From: Amoeboaphelidium protococcarum X5
Lineage: Eukaryota > Fungi > Aphelidiomycota
Assembly (NCBI GenBank): GCA_023515725.1
Contig: JALDTO010000156.1
Coordinates: 63,182 to 127,181, forward strand
Length of the DNA: 64,000 nucleotides
Direction of reading: 5' to 3'
Shown: positions 27,162 through 40,999 of the stretch, one piece after another
Numbering within the stretch: position 1 is the first letter of the stretch
Layout: every line of letters begins with the position of its first letter
The notes under the pieces: generated by a model
Told to the model about the DNA's origin: nothing
Database searches by the model: none
The model's input: only the letters and a program-made list of their open reading frames with translations
Position numbers and translations under genes: made by a program

Positions 27162-28076
27162 TCAGAGGGCATTGATTGATATATTGGAGAGAGGAGGAAG
27201 TTCATCGTCGCTCATCATATGCGGCTATGACTTTACACTTTAATTATGAGGCCGCGATTGCGATCTTATGTGGATATGCCGCGAAGATGGTAGCTGCTGC
27301 TTCTGAGACAATCGCGTCGTCTCTGCAGTCAATAGTCCCAGGTCGCTCTTCATCATCACCATCTTGTACAGTATGGCAATCATGAATAAATTCAAAAGGG
27401 TGAAGAATATCACAGACACCAGTACCTGGGGTGCCGCTTCACATACAAGGCCACATGAGGCGCCAAATAAGGCCAGCACCACTGTCTTTGAGTTGGATCT
27501 TGCGATGATTGAATAGAATTGTTCATTCGGTGACTATATATCCTGTTTCAGGTTCCGTATATACATGGTCATGGTATATAGATACATCATATCCATCGTG
27601 ACTAGGCACACTCCACCGATAGTTGCAACCACGATGAACACGATCAGCACACTCAACTCAGACCGGTACAATGTCTACAAGACACCAAATATAGGCAATA
27701 TGGCGAATGAAATTCTAGCACCTTTTATCAAATGCAATACATACTACTCAAATACAGTAGCAGTGATAAACGGTTTCGATCTTATTTACATATAACTGGT
27801 GTAGCACTGTAAAGAGGCACAAAATGATACTAAATACACACCTCTCATTGGAACACTCGTGCGACAACCATACAGATATAATCCTTCCGACACGACAAAG
27901 ACTATGAGACTTAAATGGAGGTATAATAGGAGTCTATCGTGTAGATTATTAAAGATTGAGGACAGACTTTAATGAAGCCTGTAATGTATCACCAAGAAAA
28001 CAACCAGCAAGCATATCAGTGCCAATATCAACACTCCACACACCACCAAAATGTAGTTTTGACTAGGATTTAACAT
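27162..28076 (-). CDS. Multi-pass (GPCR-like 7TM) membrane protein
   Basis: 304-aa ORF, about seven hydrophobic segments, short polar tail. Confidence 0.65.
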
Positions 28077-28299
28077 GGCTGAAAAATGTCAATTGATATA
28101 TTGAGATTAAGATTATCTGATAATATTAAATAGGGAATGAAGCTGAATCTTGGACATTAAAGTATTGGATTGTTATTAGATATCAGTGAGTGTTAAAAAT
28201 AGACTTTTGACAATCACTTACATTACTCATCCAAGTCCACTCAAATGGAAATAAGGCTCAAGACATTAGAGAAGCAATCGATAACGAATAATCAAATTT

Positions 28300-29784
28300 T
28301 CATTTATTGTCAATGGCTAAAGTATCCATCACAGCAGACTTGACAGTTGACACAACAAAGTACACCAATTGATGAACGTTGTCGATCGAGATCTGTTCGT
28401 CGCGCGTGCCGTTTGCGCGGATCATGTAATGATTAATGCCAAGCGAGTTACTGAGGTACATGAAGCAGGGATTGTAATATCCTTGAGAGGCAATCTCCAC
28501 CAAGTATCGCTTCTTTGGCTTCATGAATATAATATTAGACAGTGCGGCCCCATGTGAACCAACAATCATATTAGCAGTCGAGACGTAGTGGACAGTTTCA
28601 GTCAAAGTTTCATTGCCGTAGAGGACGGTGAGGCGCGTCTGGCTTGAAACATTCCCAGCCTCGAGTTAATGCAGTAACTCATCTAAAAGTTACCGTTCTT
28701 GAATCAAGTGCCTCCGCTCCACATTCAATCGACTGAAATAAACTATGTTGAACGTGACTTCTACTGATGCATCAATAGATTGATCTTAATTTATGTCAAT
28801 ATGCTTCCATAAATGAGATTGATAATATTTCATCAAAGGCGATGGCGCATGGAGACATCTAGGAGCTAGAGGGATCACTTAAAACTTGTTTATATGGAAT
28901 AAATCATCGATAGACACGTAGATAATATTGAGAGCAGTATGATCGAGCCGGATTAGACGCAGCAAGTGCACAGGTGAACCGACGCGAAATAGCAGAGGCA
29001 ACTCTGGACTTTTCACAATGATATCGCGTACCATCAAGACTCTAGGTAATACTTCAATTAGGAAATGGTAGTAGTTTGCACCATACAAATGCACAAGATT
29101 TACAGCTTGCTTTAGACTTATTATACGCTATGAAGCATTATAGAGATGATAGCCACCGTGTGCATCGTCCACTAAGTCTTGACACCCTCCATGCAAATAT
29201 TGTACACTGCTAGTGAATGCATGGCCATTATAATTCACAAAAGATGAGTTATGAATGATTACCACAGCACCATCATACAGCAATTCAGCGCGTTCATACA
29301 CCAACGGAGGATCATATCGTAACTTGCCAGAGATCGACTTTGGTTCCCTGAACAATCTCTGACTTTGATCTTACACTTTATTCAGTTTACAGTACGATAC
29401 TTCCGGTAGATCACCTCCGCAGTTTGTAAATAATGGGCATTGCTTAGTACGATTGCCTGCTCGGCCTGGACACATATCTCCGCCCAGAATTTGGATGTCG
29501 ATCCATGACTTTAGCCTTTGCCTTTGCATAATTCTCATGTCAATGCCGCTTCCATTATTTACCATGCCGAGAGTGGGCGCTTATTGTTAAACGCGACCAA
29601 ATTACCGCTATCCATCATTTACTTATAATAGTTCATCAACTTGGAAGTGGCTCCGGTGCAGAATTTAATGTTCAGTCAAAAAGGACTTTCGGAACCGCTG
29701 ATGGAAACGCCATTTATTTAAATAGAGGATCGTCACCAAAGGAAGCAGTATAACCAAAAGGGCAATCCGAAGTCTCAATTTCAT
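28300..29784 (-). CDS. Glycosyltransferase family 61 (DUF563), type II membrane
   Basis: MKLRLRIALLVILLPLVTILYL anchor; NYYHFLIEVLPR; IVGSHGAALSNIIFM; 494 aa. Confidence 0.88.
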
Positions 29785-30240
29785 ACCGCAACCTAGTCAA
29801 TATGCAAATTGTAATGGCAAAAATATACGAGTATAAACTTGGAATAGATTAAAAGGGACAAAAACACAACCTGAAACATCATTCGGCCGTGTTCTAAATT
29901 TATCAAAAGGGAAATTCTCTTCGCGCGATATCGTCATCATACAAACGACAGGTTTCAACAAAACTCGCCGTGTGCGTCACTCTGTACAGTACTCTTTAAG
30001 TGCTTCAGCATACATACTGTAGGTTGATCAAATGATTTGGATCTTTCTAGAGATTAAAAATCTATTATAGACTCTCCGCTGTGACTTTTGGTGACGCGCT
30101 GAGATCTATCACACTTGAGGCTATTCTATGACAATTTAAAAAGACATGGAGCCAATATTAAAGCAGATTTAGAATATTCAGCATATCAAATAAGCTGAGA
30201 ACGTTATTTTATTAAACAAATCTTTGTGCAGTCAAGAAAA

Positions 30241-30710
30241 AAAGTCGAATGCATCAAAACTGCATTCGATCGAAAGGCGTTTGCAGTTTTTATGCATACG
30301 GAATATTATAGTCAGAGGAAAGCTTTTAAGATGCTGTTTCAAGTAATGTGGACTCAGCATAGTCTAAAAGGTTGATGGGAGAGCTTTTTTGAGTCTTTAT
30401 TGTTAGCGACTTTCAAATTCTAGAGTATACTGTCGCACATCGCTGTGCGCAGATGACGCGGTAAGTTCAGTCTTGTTTCAACCGACACCATAACATATCT
30501 ATTAGTATTGAAGACTTACTAGAGACAGATTTACAATATTCAGCGGATAAGAAATTTTAGAGGGAAATTTAATGGGACCAACTCATGTTTCCATAAAAAA
30601 TTAGTCGAATGCAGTTTTGATGCATACGCGCGAAAAGCGAATGTAGATTTTGTGCAAACGGAAAATCTTAACAGCGATAAGCGATAACTATATCGTTTCA
30701 AGTACTATGA
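30241..30710. repeat. Two diverged direct-repeat units (360-bp period), each with two 23-bp palindromic sites
   Basis: CGWWTGCA-N7-TGCAWWCG-like sites at 30246-30268, 30278-30300, 30606-30628, 30638-30660; shared gtttcaagta downstream. Confidence 0.8.
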
Positions 30711-30795
30711 GCACTGGAATATCTCAGTACTACAATGCTTAAAGCCATATACAATAACATACAGATTTCTATTACATCAAAAAGAAAAAAGCCAG

Positions 30796-32574
30796 TCACG
30801 TTCGTTCAGGAGCAATGAACACTTATACGTACTCAACACCTTTTCCTTCTCGGCTACTTATCGATGACTACCGGGAAGGAGATTTAAATGTTGCGGTACT
30901 GGATGAGTTCAATTTAATTTTGAACGTGACTATGTCCTTGTAAGCAGTCCTTGCACAGTCCTCTCTAATATCATTGAGCAGTCCCCACTCCTCAAGCAGG
31001 CTTGTCTAATGATAAAGCGTGATTTGCTTTCTATCGGAGTTCAGCTTTTTATACTCCAGTCTGAACCTTCGCCGACAATTTTGACCGCAGTAGTAGATAT
31101 TGTTTACATCATCATACTCTATGGGCGTGTCAATAGCTTTAATATTCCGTACTGATTACCTTAAATGAGGCAGAATGTTAGCGTTCTCTGCAAATTCAAG
31201 CTCATTCTGGCCGTCGACAGAGCTTATGATGGCTCTCAATTTCTCTGAAGTAACCAGTGAAGATAGTTCATATACCTGTTTCATAAAGCGAGTTTCATAA
31301 ATTTTTCCCAAATAGTTGCGGACATCAACTACGGTATTCTCTCGTGCTGTTGAACGGTCTTGTTACTGCTCCGCGGTATATCGTTGCAATTACGATGAGC
31401 CTGGGAAAAAACCTTCAAATTTCACAGGTTCTAAATTCAGTTTAACTGTAGCAACGTGTTATTCAAACCAGCCAACTCCACTAGATCCGACTTTACCAAA
31501 ATTCATAGTTCTTGATATCTCTGGCCGTATGCATCCGCGTTACTTATGCTGGTCAGAATGCCGGAGCCAGTCATCCCAGTAAGTTTATGGCCAGCTATCG
31601 CGCAACTCTGCTGTCCACAATTACTTTTTCAACATCCACCCAAGACCAGGGAAGAAATCTGAGCGATAGAATGAATATGGATCTTCAATCAAATTCGGTT
31701 TCCCATTGTCATTCCAGGCTGATATGCAGAACAATGAGTCATCAGCTTCCAAGACGGGCAAGAATGCCTGAAAGTAGTCATAAAAATCCGGCGCTATTTC
31801 CATATCATCTTCGACAACTATTGCCTATTGAAACTGCATAACGTCGAATACTTGCGACAGAGCCCACTTGTAATGCCTGGATATCTTATAAAATGCAACA
31901 TAATCTTCGTGTCCTTTCTTTGTAACAGGAGTAGATTGATCTGGTTACTACAAATCTTATGACATGTGATAAATCAAGGGAGAGAATTATAAAAGCTAAC
32001 CTTTATGTGCAGAACGCGATCCGAGTATTGTTTAATGACCTTAGAAGTTTCCTCGTGACCGCAATCCTGACTAACAATGATGGCAACATTCTCTCGCGGT
32101 TTATACTTGAGCAGACTGTCTAGAGCTCGTGAGACAGATGGCCTATTACACGCAATGACCAGAACTGCAATATGAGCCGGCAAAGGCTATACCTCAGGTA
32201 TCTGCAAATTAACAAGTTTCAACTAATCATCAGCCACCTTGTCTGGGTGCAATAAATCTTCTTGAGGCTTTATAGGCGGTATAAAACCTGCTGCCGATGG
32301 CGCTCGAAGTGCAGTATCAACATCTTGGTCCGACATTAGTCTCTACACTATTAAGTTACTTTGATAATGTATATAGAAATATAAAAATATTGGGATGGGT
32401 ATAGATAAATACCTTTTGTGTTCCATCGACTTCTGTGAGATAGTTCTTTTCATTAAGAGTGTCAGATTTATCATTGACAGGACTTGACCAAGTTAAAGTA
32501 AACATTCCATATAGGATGAGTGCAATACTTATAGCCATAACTAGCCTTACAACCTTCTTATTATTTATACTCAT
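30796..32574 (-). CDS. MGAT1: N-acetylglucosaminyltransferase I (GT13, GnT-I), copy 1, spliced
   Basis: TM anchor, LVIACNRP, IVSQDC, ISRHYKWAL, VEDDMEIAPDF, CISAWNDNG, RSDFFPGLGWM, CIRPEISRT. Confidence 0.92.
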
Positions 32575-32942
32575 AATGTTATCAGTGAAATATTAGTTTT
32601 TCAAACTATGATCTATTGACAATAAAGTACAGAGAATCAAAAGAGTTGAAACAACGAAGTGAAAGTGAAACGTTGTAATAGTTTGCCGAATTCAAAAAAT
32701 AGTCCTGACTATTCATGGTTGTACTAATCATTTATTTCTCTGAACAACTATACCTTACTTTTGTAGTGTAAATCAATGCATAAATTATAATTATTACGCA
32801 AAAGGGGTCCAATCAGAAGGCTTAATTTTCTGTGATACGTTGGTGTCCAATCTTGACTACCAAGTTGATTATAGGCTTTTTTCTCTTTGTTAACGAATAT
32901 TTTTTATCAATACAACCTTCAAACTAAATAAATAAATAATTC

Positions 32943-34612
32943 ATGGCATCTGTAATTAAATTGAAGCCTTCAAGAGTCTTAATAGTATGTATAGGAGTAT
33001 TTCTTCTTATTCTATTCGGATATAACCAGGATTGGGGCAATGGATCACTCAACGCTAAGCAAAAGGTAAAAATGTGAATTGTTTCGATCATTGCAACCAT
33101 CATCATTTCGTTATTACATGTAGAAAATGGCTCCGTATCTATCAGACAAGTTGGCTAATATTGACAGTAAGCTATTCATGATATTAACATGGCATTCATA
33201 TCATTTTTCGCTTTGTAGTAGATCTCCTAGAGCAATCATTATCTGAGACTGGCGTCAAATCCACAGTAATTGATCGCCTTCAATTTATCAAGGTGAAACA
33301 ATCAGGCCAATCAGAGCCACGAAGTCGCGATGGAAATTCAGCCACTGTAAAATCAAGCGAATTGGCGTCTCTTGATAATAGGAATAGTGGTAATACAGCT
33401 CTGCTTATTATTGCTTGTAACAGGCCTGAGATTGAACGTGCACTGAATGCAGTTTACAAGTACAAGCCAAAGGATAGAATCCCGGTTATTGTTAGTCAAG
33501 ACTGCAATCATGAGCCTACTTCTGAAGTTATCGATAAGTTTTCCGATCGTTTAATCCATTTAAAATATCCTGTAAGAGAACCACCTCAGGTCCGCCCAGG
33601 AGATGAACGCTGGCTTGGTTATTACAAATTGGCGCGTCATTATAAATGGGCTTTGGAGTAGACATTCAATGTTCTCATGTACGACAATGTTATAATCTTG
33701 GAAGACGATATCGAAGTTGCACCTGGATTTTTCAAGTATTTCGAGGCATTCACCCCTCTCCTTCGCGCGGATCCCTCGTTGATGTGCATCAGTGGATGGA
33801 ATGACAATGGCAAGGCGGAACTTGTGGGGGATGCTAATCAATTCCATCGATCAGATTTCTTTAGCGGTCTTGGATGGATGTTGACGCGTAAGTTTTGGGA
33901 TGAAATTCATCCTAAATGGCCGCTTGTATTCTGGGATGACTGGCTGCGTTAATCTTTCATTCGCAATGGTCGATCATGCATTCGACCTGAGATTACTCTT
34001 AGCAGAAACTTTGGTGACAATGGTGTAAGTAAGGGCCAATTTCATGAGTAGCACATTGCCACCATTAAAATGAATGAGGAAGAGTTGAACTTTGAAAGCA
34101 GAGACGGTGTGGACATTACGCGATTTGAAAAGAGTCGATATGATGCAGTATTTAAATTACAACTGACCAAGCTGTCTCGCGTTGCCACATCTGCTGAAAT
34201 TAAAGCGATGCTCAATTCTGATGATCCTGAGAATCATCCTCTCTATCTGAACAATCCTAATGTAGTGACTGCATCTGATGCGGATGTCGATGATCAGTTT
34301 AATTTAAATCGGCCCAACTTTTGCGGGCGTTAATGTCTGCGGCGTTATGTAATTTACTACGATTGGCTCGATCAGGATCAAGAATTTCATGGTTATCGCA
34401 ATTTCGTACCTCTGGCCAAGGAGTGGAATCTGATGGATGACATAAGAGAAGGGACAGCTCGGGTGGCTTATTAACGGACCGTCTGCTTTAAATCGCATTT
34501 TAAGAATAAGCTTCCACTAAAAGTGTACATGAGCGGTAAACAGAGGATAGCCAAGAATTAGTTTGAGCAGTACATTGCTATTTGTATATCGCCTAAGCCT
34601 AAAGATGTTTGA
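32943..34612 (+). CDS. MGAT1: N-acetylglucosaminyltransferase I (GT13, GnT-I), copy 2, spliced
   Basis: TM anchor, LIIACNRP, VSQDC, LARHYKWAL, LEDDIEVAP, CISGWNDNG, RSDFFSGLGWM, FWDDWLR, CIRPEI. Confidence 0.92.
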
Positions 34613-34816
34613 TAATTTAATAAATTAATTATAATTAAGTAGTATTTAAATCGATATTTTAGAAGCCTCTCCGCTATTCATCATTTTATTGAAAGAGGCT
34701 CAGCAAGCAACTAATAAGGCCCCTGAACGGCGTGTTATCATCTTATTCCCAGTGCTCGCGTTATCAACTAAATTTAATTCAATTTCCTATAAGAATCTCG
34801 CATAGGATTAGTATAT

Positions 34817-36250
34817 ATGTTTTAGTTAAGTGCATTTGTGTACGTTGCATTGGCGGCTATGGCAATAGCTGTGGAGTACGATCCCAAGATATATGTGCCT
34901 AATCAGAGTACAACGTGGACAATGGGAGTACAACAACTAATAGCTTGGAATTCATCATTTATACGCGATGATGGCCTTTATTACAACAATCTCACTAGAC
35001 TTAATATAAATCTTTATTAGATGGGAAATAGTACCTAGAGTGGTCGCGATGAATTGATTTAGATCATCATTTAGAATGTGCCAATGTCGCTAGGCAGTAT
35101 TTTTTATGCTTTGCCACATCGTCTACCCACTGATCAGGATAAGCAGGATATTGCGTAGGAGGATAGGAGATACTATCTCAAGCTGTATCCTTCATTCTTT
35201 GAGTGGCCTAGATCGTGTAAGAATTGTCTGTAATCTGCTCCTGGTAGTGCGCCGTTCGTCATTCTTCCATCTGATTGCAAATAAGAGCCTTGTCCACCTG
35301 TTATTGGGAATGGCGGCGGATTGGGCGGAAATGGCAGTGGCAAGAGCGATTACATCACTGCGGTCAAGGCTGTGGGTATTGCTGTTGGTGTCGTGGCTTT
35401 GATTGTCTTTGTCGTGTCAATGTTCGTGTATGGTCGACGTGGACTCAAGGTGGTGGGCACGCGAAAGAGTCGTCAGAGTGGCCTCAATTATCGATATAAG
35501 CCACCTATTGTGGACAAGAGATTGCGAGATTCAGAGGTTAATGATCCAATGTCTCCATCACCACTGAGAAGATTTTTCTCTGTAGAAACGCTGCGTGAGT
35601 CTGAATTTGATGATGATATTGCAGGCCAGTCTGTTATAGGTAGTGGAGCTTCCGTATCAGTGAGAGACGGTTAATCAATCAAGCGGTAATCCTCCCTGGC
35701 GCACTTGGGCGAGTAAATCATACGGGATGCTGAGTTGTCTGCTCCCAACTCACCTATTTTACGTCCGACAAGGTCAACTAATAAAGTGATTCTTGATCTG
35801 CCTCCGAGTCCACCTAAACTTTATGCAAGACCATCTAATAACACGTTGTCTGGTTATCAAACCGCATCGTAGCTCTTTTAGTCAAATCTGAATTCTGACA
35901 GTGATCATGATAATGATTTGACTATTGTTGGTAATAAGTCAGATACAAGCCCTCTGGTACGTGTCCTCAATTAAAGTGACGCGCTGATGCTTGGTGACAC
36001 GTTCAGAAATGCTCTCCGGACTGACACGTCATTGTCAGATTCATCTTGCACATTGATCACTGATAATAGTACTGGTGATGATAGAGTATAGCGCAATAAC
36101 TCGGACTCAGATCCAACTACATCAACATCATTTGAACGCGGTGCTCGGGCATTCAACGAGACTTAGGAACGCTTACTCTTCTCCGTTGGAAGTTCACCTG
36201 TGCTTGGTAGATTAGCCGCGTTGGACAGAGAAGATTAGACCTAGCAATGA
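34817..36250 (+). CDS. Type I single-pass membrane protein, unknown function
   Basis: Signal peptide, small ectodomain with Cys, TM (AVGIAVGVVALIVFVVSMFVY), long S/P/D-rich tail; 477 aa. Confidence 0.75.
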
Positions 36251-36311
36251 GAATTATGATATTTGAGGTGAATTATATTGGCTTACATATTAATATTCTG
36301 TTCTGATGAAT

Positions 36312-37442
36312 TCATTGACAGTTGCGCACCACTTTAACCACAATCACTTCATTGTCATCGTCGTCTCTCTATGATTTTGAGTCCTCGTTTTGTGATTTAT
36401 CTACAGTGTCGTTATCCTTCATAGTTTAAGCATTAGTGTTATTAGGGAGATTAGAACTTTATGATCCCAGTTATTCTTATTCTTCATCTGACTTTTGAAT
36501 GGCTTCTTCTTTATATGTAGTATCAACTTTAGACAACAGACAATTAACAATACGCTATCTAACATTAATGATATCCGCTTGAGAGAAATCAAAGTCTTAG
36601 CCAATAGTTCCATACAACATGACCAAAGAGGTAAATACTCCACAGCTGGAGCCATCAGATTAATGAGGGAACTATTTACCAAGTACAATTTCCCAATCCT
36701 CTGAACGGCCGGGGTGATTCTTGTCGATCCACTCGTCATGCAAGTAGCGTCGCAATATATGACCAACTTCTTCACATAAACCGTAGCTATGCATGGAATC
36801 ATAAACTGTGATTATACTTGAACGTACATTAATTATGGCGGACAGCCAATGGTAATTTTAATAATTAATAGGGACAATTACGCGATCCAATGCCGAAATA
36901 TCCACTTTACGCGTCCATTGCTTCACCTTGTCGTAACAGTAACCAGACTCGTGCTCGGTAAGAAGTTGGTAAAAGAAAGTGTTCATAATATGCACCTTCA
37001 TTCCATCTTCTACATGAGTAAACCGGATATACTCTATGAATCCATTAATTATTTCATCGTTCAGCCAGCCTCCACTCCAAGTTGTGAGAAGATCCTATTT
37101 GTATACAGGAACGCTCTTCCACAAAGTCACAGGTTTTTGATCTTATTAATCCTTAACATTATCCTGCTTATATTCCGCATGTAAGTATTTCTATAGTCGT
37201 ATTCTACGAGCATTGTCAAGAGGATTGGTAAATTTCGGACCGGTATGTTCAGCTGGGACAATCTTGAGATTTTTCAATCGTTCGAATACTTCATCAATAT
37301 CATCATCTACCAGTTAGTCCTTTATGCTGCAAGAGGCATTTTAACTTTAAGTCACTTTATTACTAATGTTCACCGCGGTCGAGCTAACATCGTTCTCTAA
37401 GGCATCGCCAGACAAGTTATCGCCGTTCACTTGGGAAGTCAT
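36312..37442 (-). CDS. Ulp1/SENP-family (C48) ubiquitin-like protease
   Basis: WLNDEIINGF, NYHWLSAII (His), VYDSM (Asp), PHQSDGSSCGVF (Gln encoded by TAA, catalytic Cys); 376 aa. Confidence 0.9.
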
Positions 37443-37531
37443 AGAGCCTGCTTATCAGCTATTTAAGTAGGGAGAAAATGTTACAACTAAAGCAAAAATA
37501 CTTTACAACATTCAGCATTTATTTCATCAAT

Positions 37532-40500
37532 TCAATTCAATTATTACAATCTCTTCTTCACTTCATCGCTCATATCAGCCGTATACGCGGTTATATTTAA
37601 TGGACCACCACCGCTACTCTACTTGTTACTCACAGAGAGGGAACGCACACGCGATTTAATGTTGGCAAAACTCCCGCGCGCTTGAGGTTCTGACACTTAT
37701 TGCTGCGACTGTATACTATCGGCAATTGACCTATTTGAACCTTATGTGACAGCTCCATCAGTGATCTTACTGCTTCTATCCATAGCTGGACTACTGGGAG
37801 TACTACTCATATTCTTACCACTTCCGATATTACGGCCGAGTGTAGAAGTGGATCCACTACTACCCGGGCTATTACTACCGCGGATTGACAGGCCGGCCAA
37901 GAGTGAGTTTGTCAAAGTTGGTTATGCACCACCACGTGTATCATCTTTCGGTTCGCTAATCTTACTCTCTGCGTACATTTGAGCCTCTGACAATATCTTC
38001 CATTGGGTAGCCAAGTATTGACGCACATCTTCATTCGACAGCAACTTGTAAGAAATACTTTGCATTGATCTGATTTGCTAAAATACATTGGCAAGCATTA
38101 TACAACGCGTGTAATTAACAATCTTCGCACCCTCTAGTTCAGCATTTAAATCGGATTCACTACTATAAACTGGATTACCATCTTCAACAAAAGTCAAATC
38201 TGACAAGTACATACCAAGATACGGCACCATCGGTACTCCAGAGTTTGTATACATTGCAATAGTGTTACGGTAAACCTTATAATTGCCTTCACTAGACACT
38301 AGGGCATTCAGTTAAAGCCAGGCATCAGAGTACTTTTTAGGTAAAGCTTTCCATGTATGCTTCATGCGACTCACAGAGCCCATATTCAGCCCGGCAACAA
38401 TCTCAAAGCACGAGTTGTAATTGCGCATCTTCACACACTCAAAAGCCACCTGAATGAATCGCTTAATAACTTCCACGCGATCACTTAGCTTTCTGGTTAG
38501 CACCACTTATGACGCCACGCCATACGCGATTCTATTAAACCAGCTTACGAAAAATAACAGATTAGGAGCAAGCAATTCCCTTAGATTTTTATCTTTCAAA
38601 CTCCAGCACTGGTGTAGAAGCTCGTGATGCTAGACTCTCTTCAAGCTATCGTGTTCGATCAACGAAAGCTCTGTGGCCAGCGCATTGATATCAACCTCCA
38701 GTATGGATACAAATTCGTCTTCATTAGGCCCTTGGATGCTATTGACATTGTTATTTACCAAAAGTTACCGAAATGGATTATCTCTGGCAACAGATTAGTC
38801 CTTCATACTTTAAAAAGTCCAATTTTACAACGTCAGTAGCACGTTATATGAGTCCTTGATGATTGCAAACTTATCAACTTCCTTCTCAACAACTTCGCCA
38901 ATAAACTGCGTGACCAACTTACACAGCATCCTATGCCTCTCAAAATCACTAGCCTAATTTTAAATCCAATACGACAGAGTTGCAATCACGTTCTACTATT
39001 ACTCAATACATTGCACAATAACTTGATTAAATCCAGTTTTCTAGACATTCTTTAGCATCGTCGCTTAAGTCAACCCTTTACTACTCACTTAAAATCCAGC
39101 TGCACTTAACTACTCCATGCACTCAAAATACTTGAGAATCAACAGCCTAGCAACATCAATCGCGTCAGAATGATACGCATAAGTCGCTATAAACTACTTC
39201 ACAGTAGCAATTGAAAAGGTGCTACTATCAACAATGTGGCTGATAATAGAGCTCAGAGTGGCAGCTCTCAGGACTTTACCTGATCCACTATTAGTAGTAT
39301 TAGGAGAAGACACGGTATCATTCTCATACTTAACATGTCCATCCTTTGGATAGAACTCAGCTTGATATGCAACATTGTCATTGCCGAACTAGATCTCAAG
39401 TGATTGAATCAATTGCTCGCCGACATTGGCAAAGCACTTGTATAGTCCCCTATGAGCCAAACAGAACGCACTTAAACGCTAAGCTTACTGCTTTGATCTG
39501 AAAGCTTATAAAGAGCTTTCAACAGTTTGCACCTGATCAGACGCCGCACTGGGAGCATGTAAAGCCAAGGACACTTCATTAGATTAGAGTTATACATTTA
39601 CCGTCTTCAATACATCAGAAGGAGCGTGCACTCTCTATCTAGCAATATCTTCAGAATTCTTCCTCACCTTTTCATCATCTTCAATTGACGTAAAGATGGC
39701 TAACTGTGCCACATCCATAGCGGACATCTCAGCAACTCTTTCTTGATTTACATCAGCAACAACATCACCCACAGACGAGTTGAACTGTCCTTGCCCAAAA
39801 TCTGTGGCAAATGTCGATGCCTTACGCGAAACTGCCGGACTGTGGACAGATGGAGTCGACGGGGCAGAGTTCAAGATGTTCTCATCAAACTAAGCCAAAC
39901 TTCCATTTATATCTGCAATCCTACTACCAACGTTGCGAGACCCATTCAAACTATCCTTGGATCCACGACGCGCATAAACAGAATCAGAAGATTATACCAC
40001 ACTACTGCTTTTGTTTAAATGATCGCTGGATCTAGAAGCTTTTACAACATTCTAGTTTAGATGCGACTACTATTACTTACCAGCTTGAAAGAATAATCCA
40101 GTAGCAGATGATTACGCAGTGGAGTGACTCAAATGTTAAGTCTACTACTACTACTGATAGGATTATGCAGTGTGGCCTTTTGCAGAGTCATCCTTTACCA
40201 TAGAGTGAACACCACCGTCACCACTACTAGAGGAAGACCCATGCTCCATCATTAACGCAGCAGGATCAGGTCTTCCTTTACTGCCCACAGAGCCAACTGT
40301 TTCAGCGCGCTTACGACGTTGCAGCACTTTCGGCTTTGTCTTCACAGGCGCCGCCATCGCTTGTTCTGCAGCAGCGTGATCTTGTCCATTCACTGACACT
40401 GGTGCATTATTATTGCTACCATCACTTATTGGCACTTGACCGTTGAGATCGCCACCTTCAGCATTGAATTATGATGGGTCTTCTTCAGCAACTGTTACCG

Positions 40501-40681
40501 TGTTAATAAGCGGACTTCTCAGTCTAGACACTCTTCTATGAGACAGAAGATTATTATTATCCGATTAAGCATTGTTTTCTATTTGACTCCCATTACTACT
40601 GTTACTGTTATCAGTCACGGCACTCTTATCCGCAGCGGCGGTTACTTGCAAACTAGTCACATTCTAGTCCTTGCTTCTCAT
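37532..40681 (-). CDS. Ras guanine nucleotide exchange factor (REM + CDC25 domain)
   Basis: WFNRIAYGVASQVV, MRNYNSCFEIVAGLN, GNYKVYR, VPYLGMYLSDLTFVEDGNP; 1049 aa. Confidence 0.92.
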
Positions 40682-40999
40682 TATCAATTAAATCTTACAG
40701 CAGTTTATAATCTTCCTATCTTATTTACACTTGACTTGGTTTATCACAGAAAAAGACTGTACATTGTAAGATGGGCTAGGCTGATTAAGTATTAAGAGTT
40801 GTTTTAAAAATAGACTCTCATCTGAATCTGATCCATACACTCGATTAAACGATCGAACATTACATGAGTATTTACATTGGATGTACTGCGTATACACAAA
40901 ACTATGACAAAATTACACGAAACGTTACTGAATGTATAAATTCATAGACATTTATTTTACACTATCTATTTAAAGTTATATAATAAAAGACTCCAAATA

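Noticed and set aside
30241-30710. CRISPR-like array
   Set aside because: Only four degenerate sites, no regular unique spacers, no cas genes, eukaryotic context.
30770-30800. GnT-I copy 1 TGA near a position that is Trp in animal MGAT1 (possible TGA=Trp)
   Set aside because: The downstream sequence is T-rich and UTR-like, and Trp is TGG at conserved sites elsewhere.
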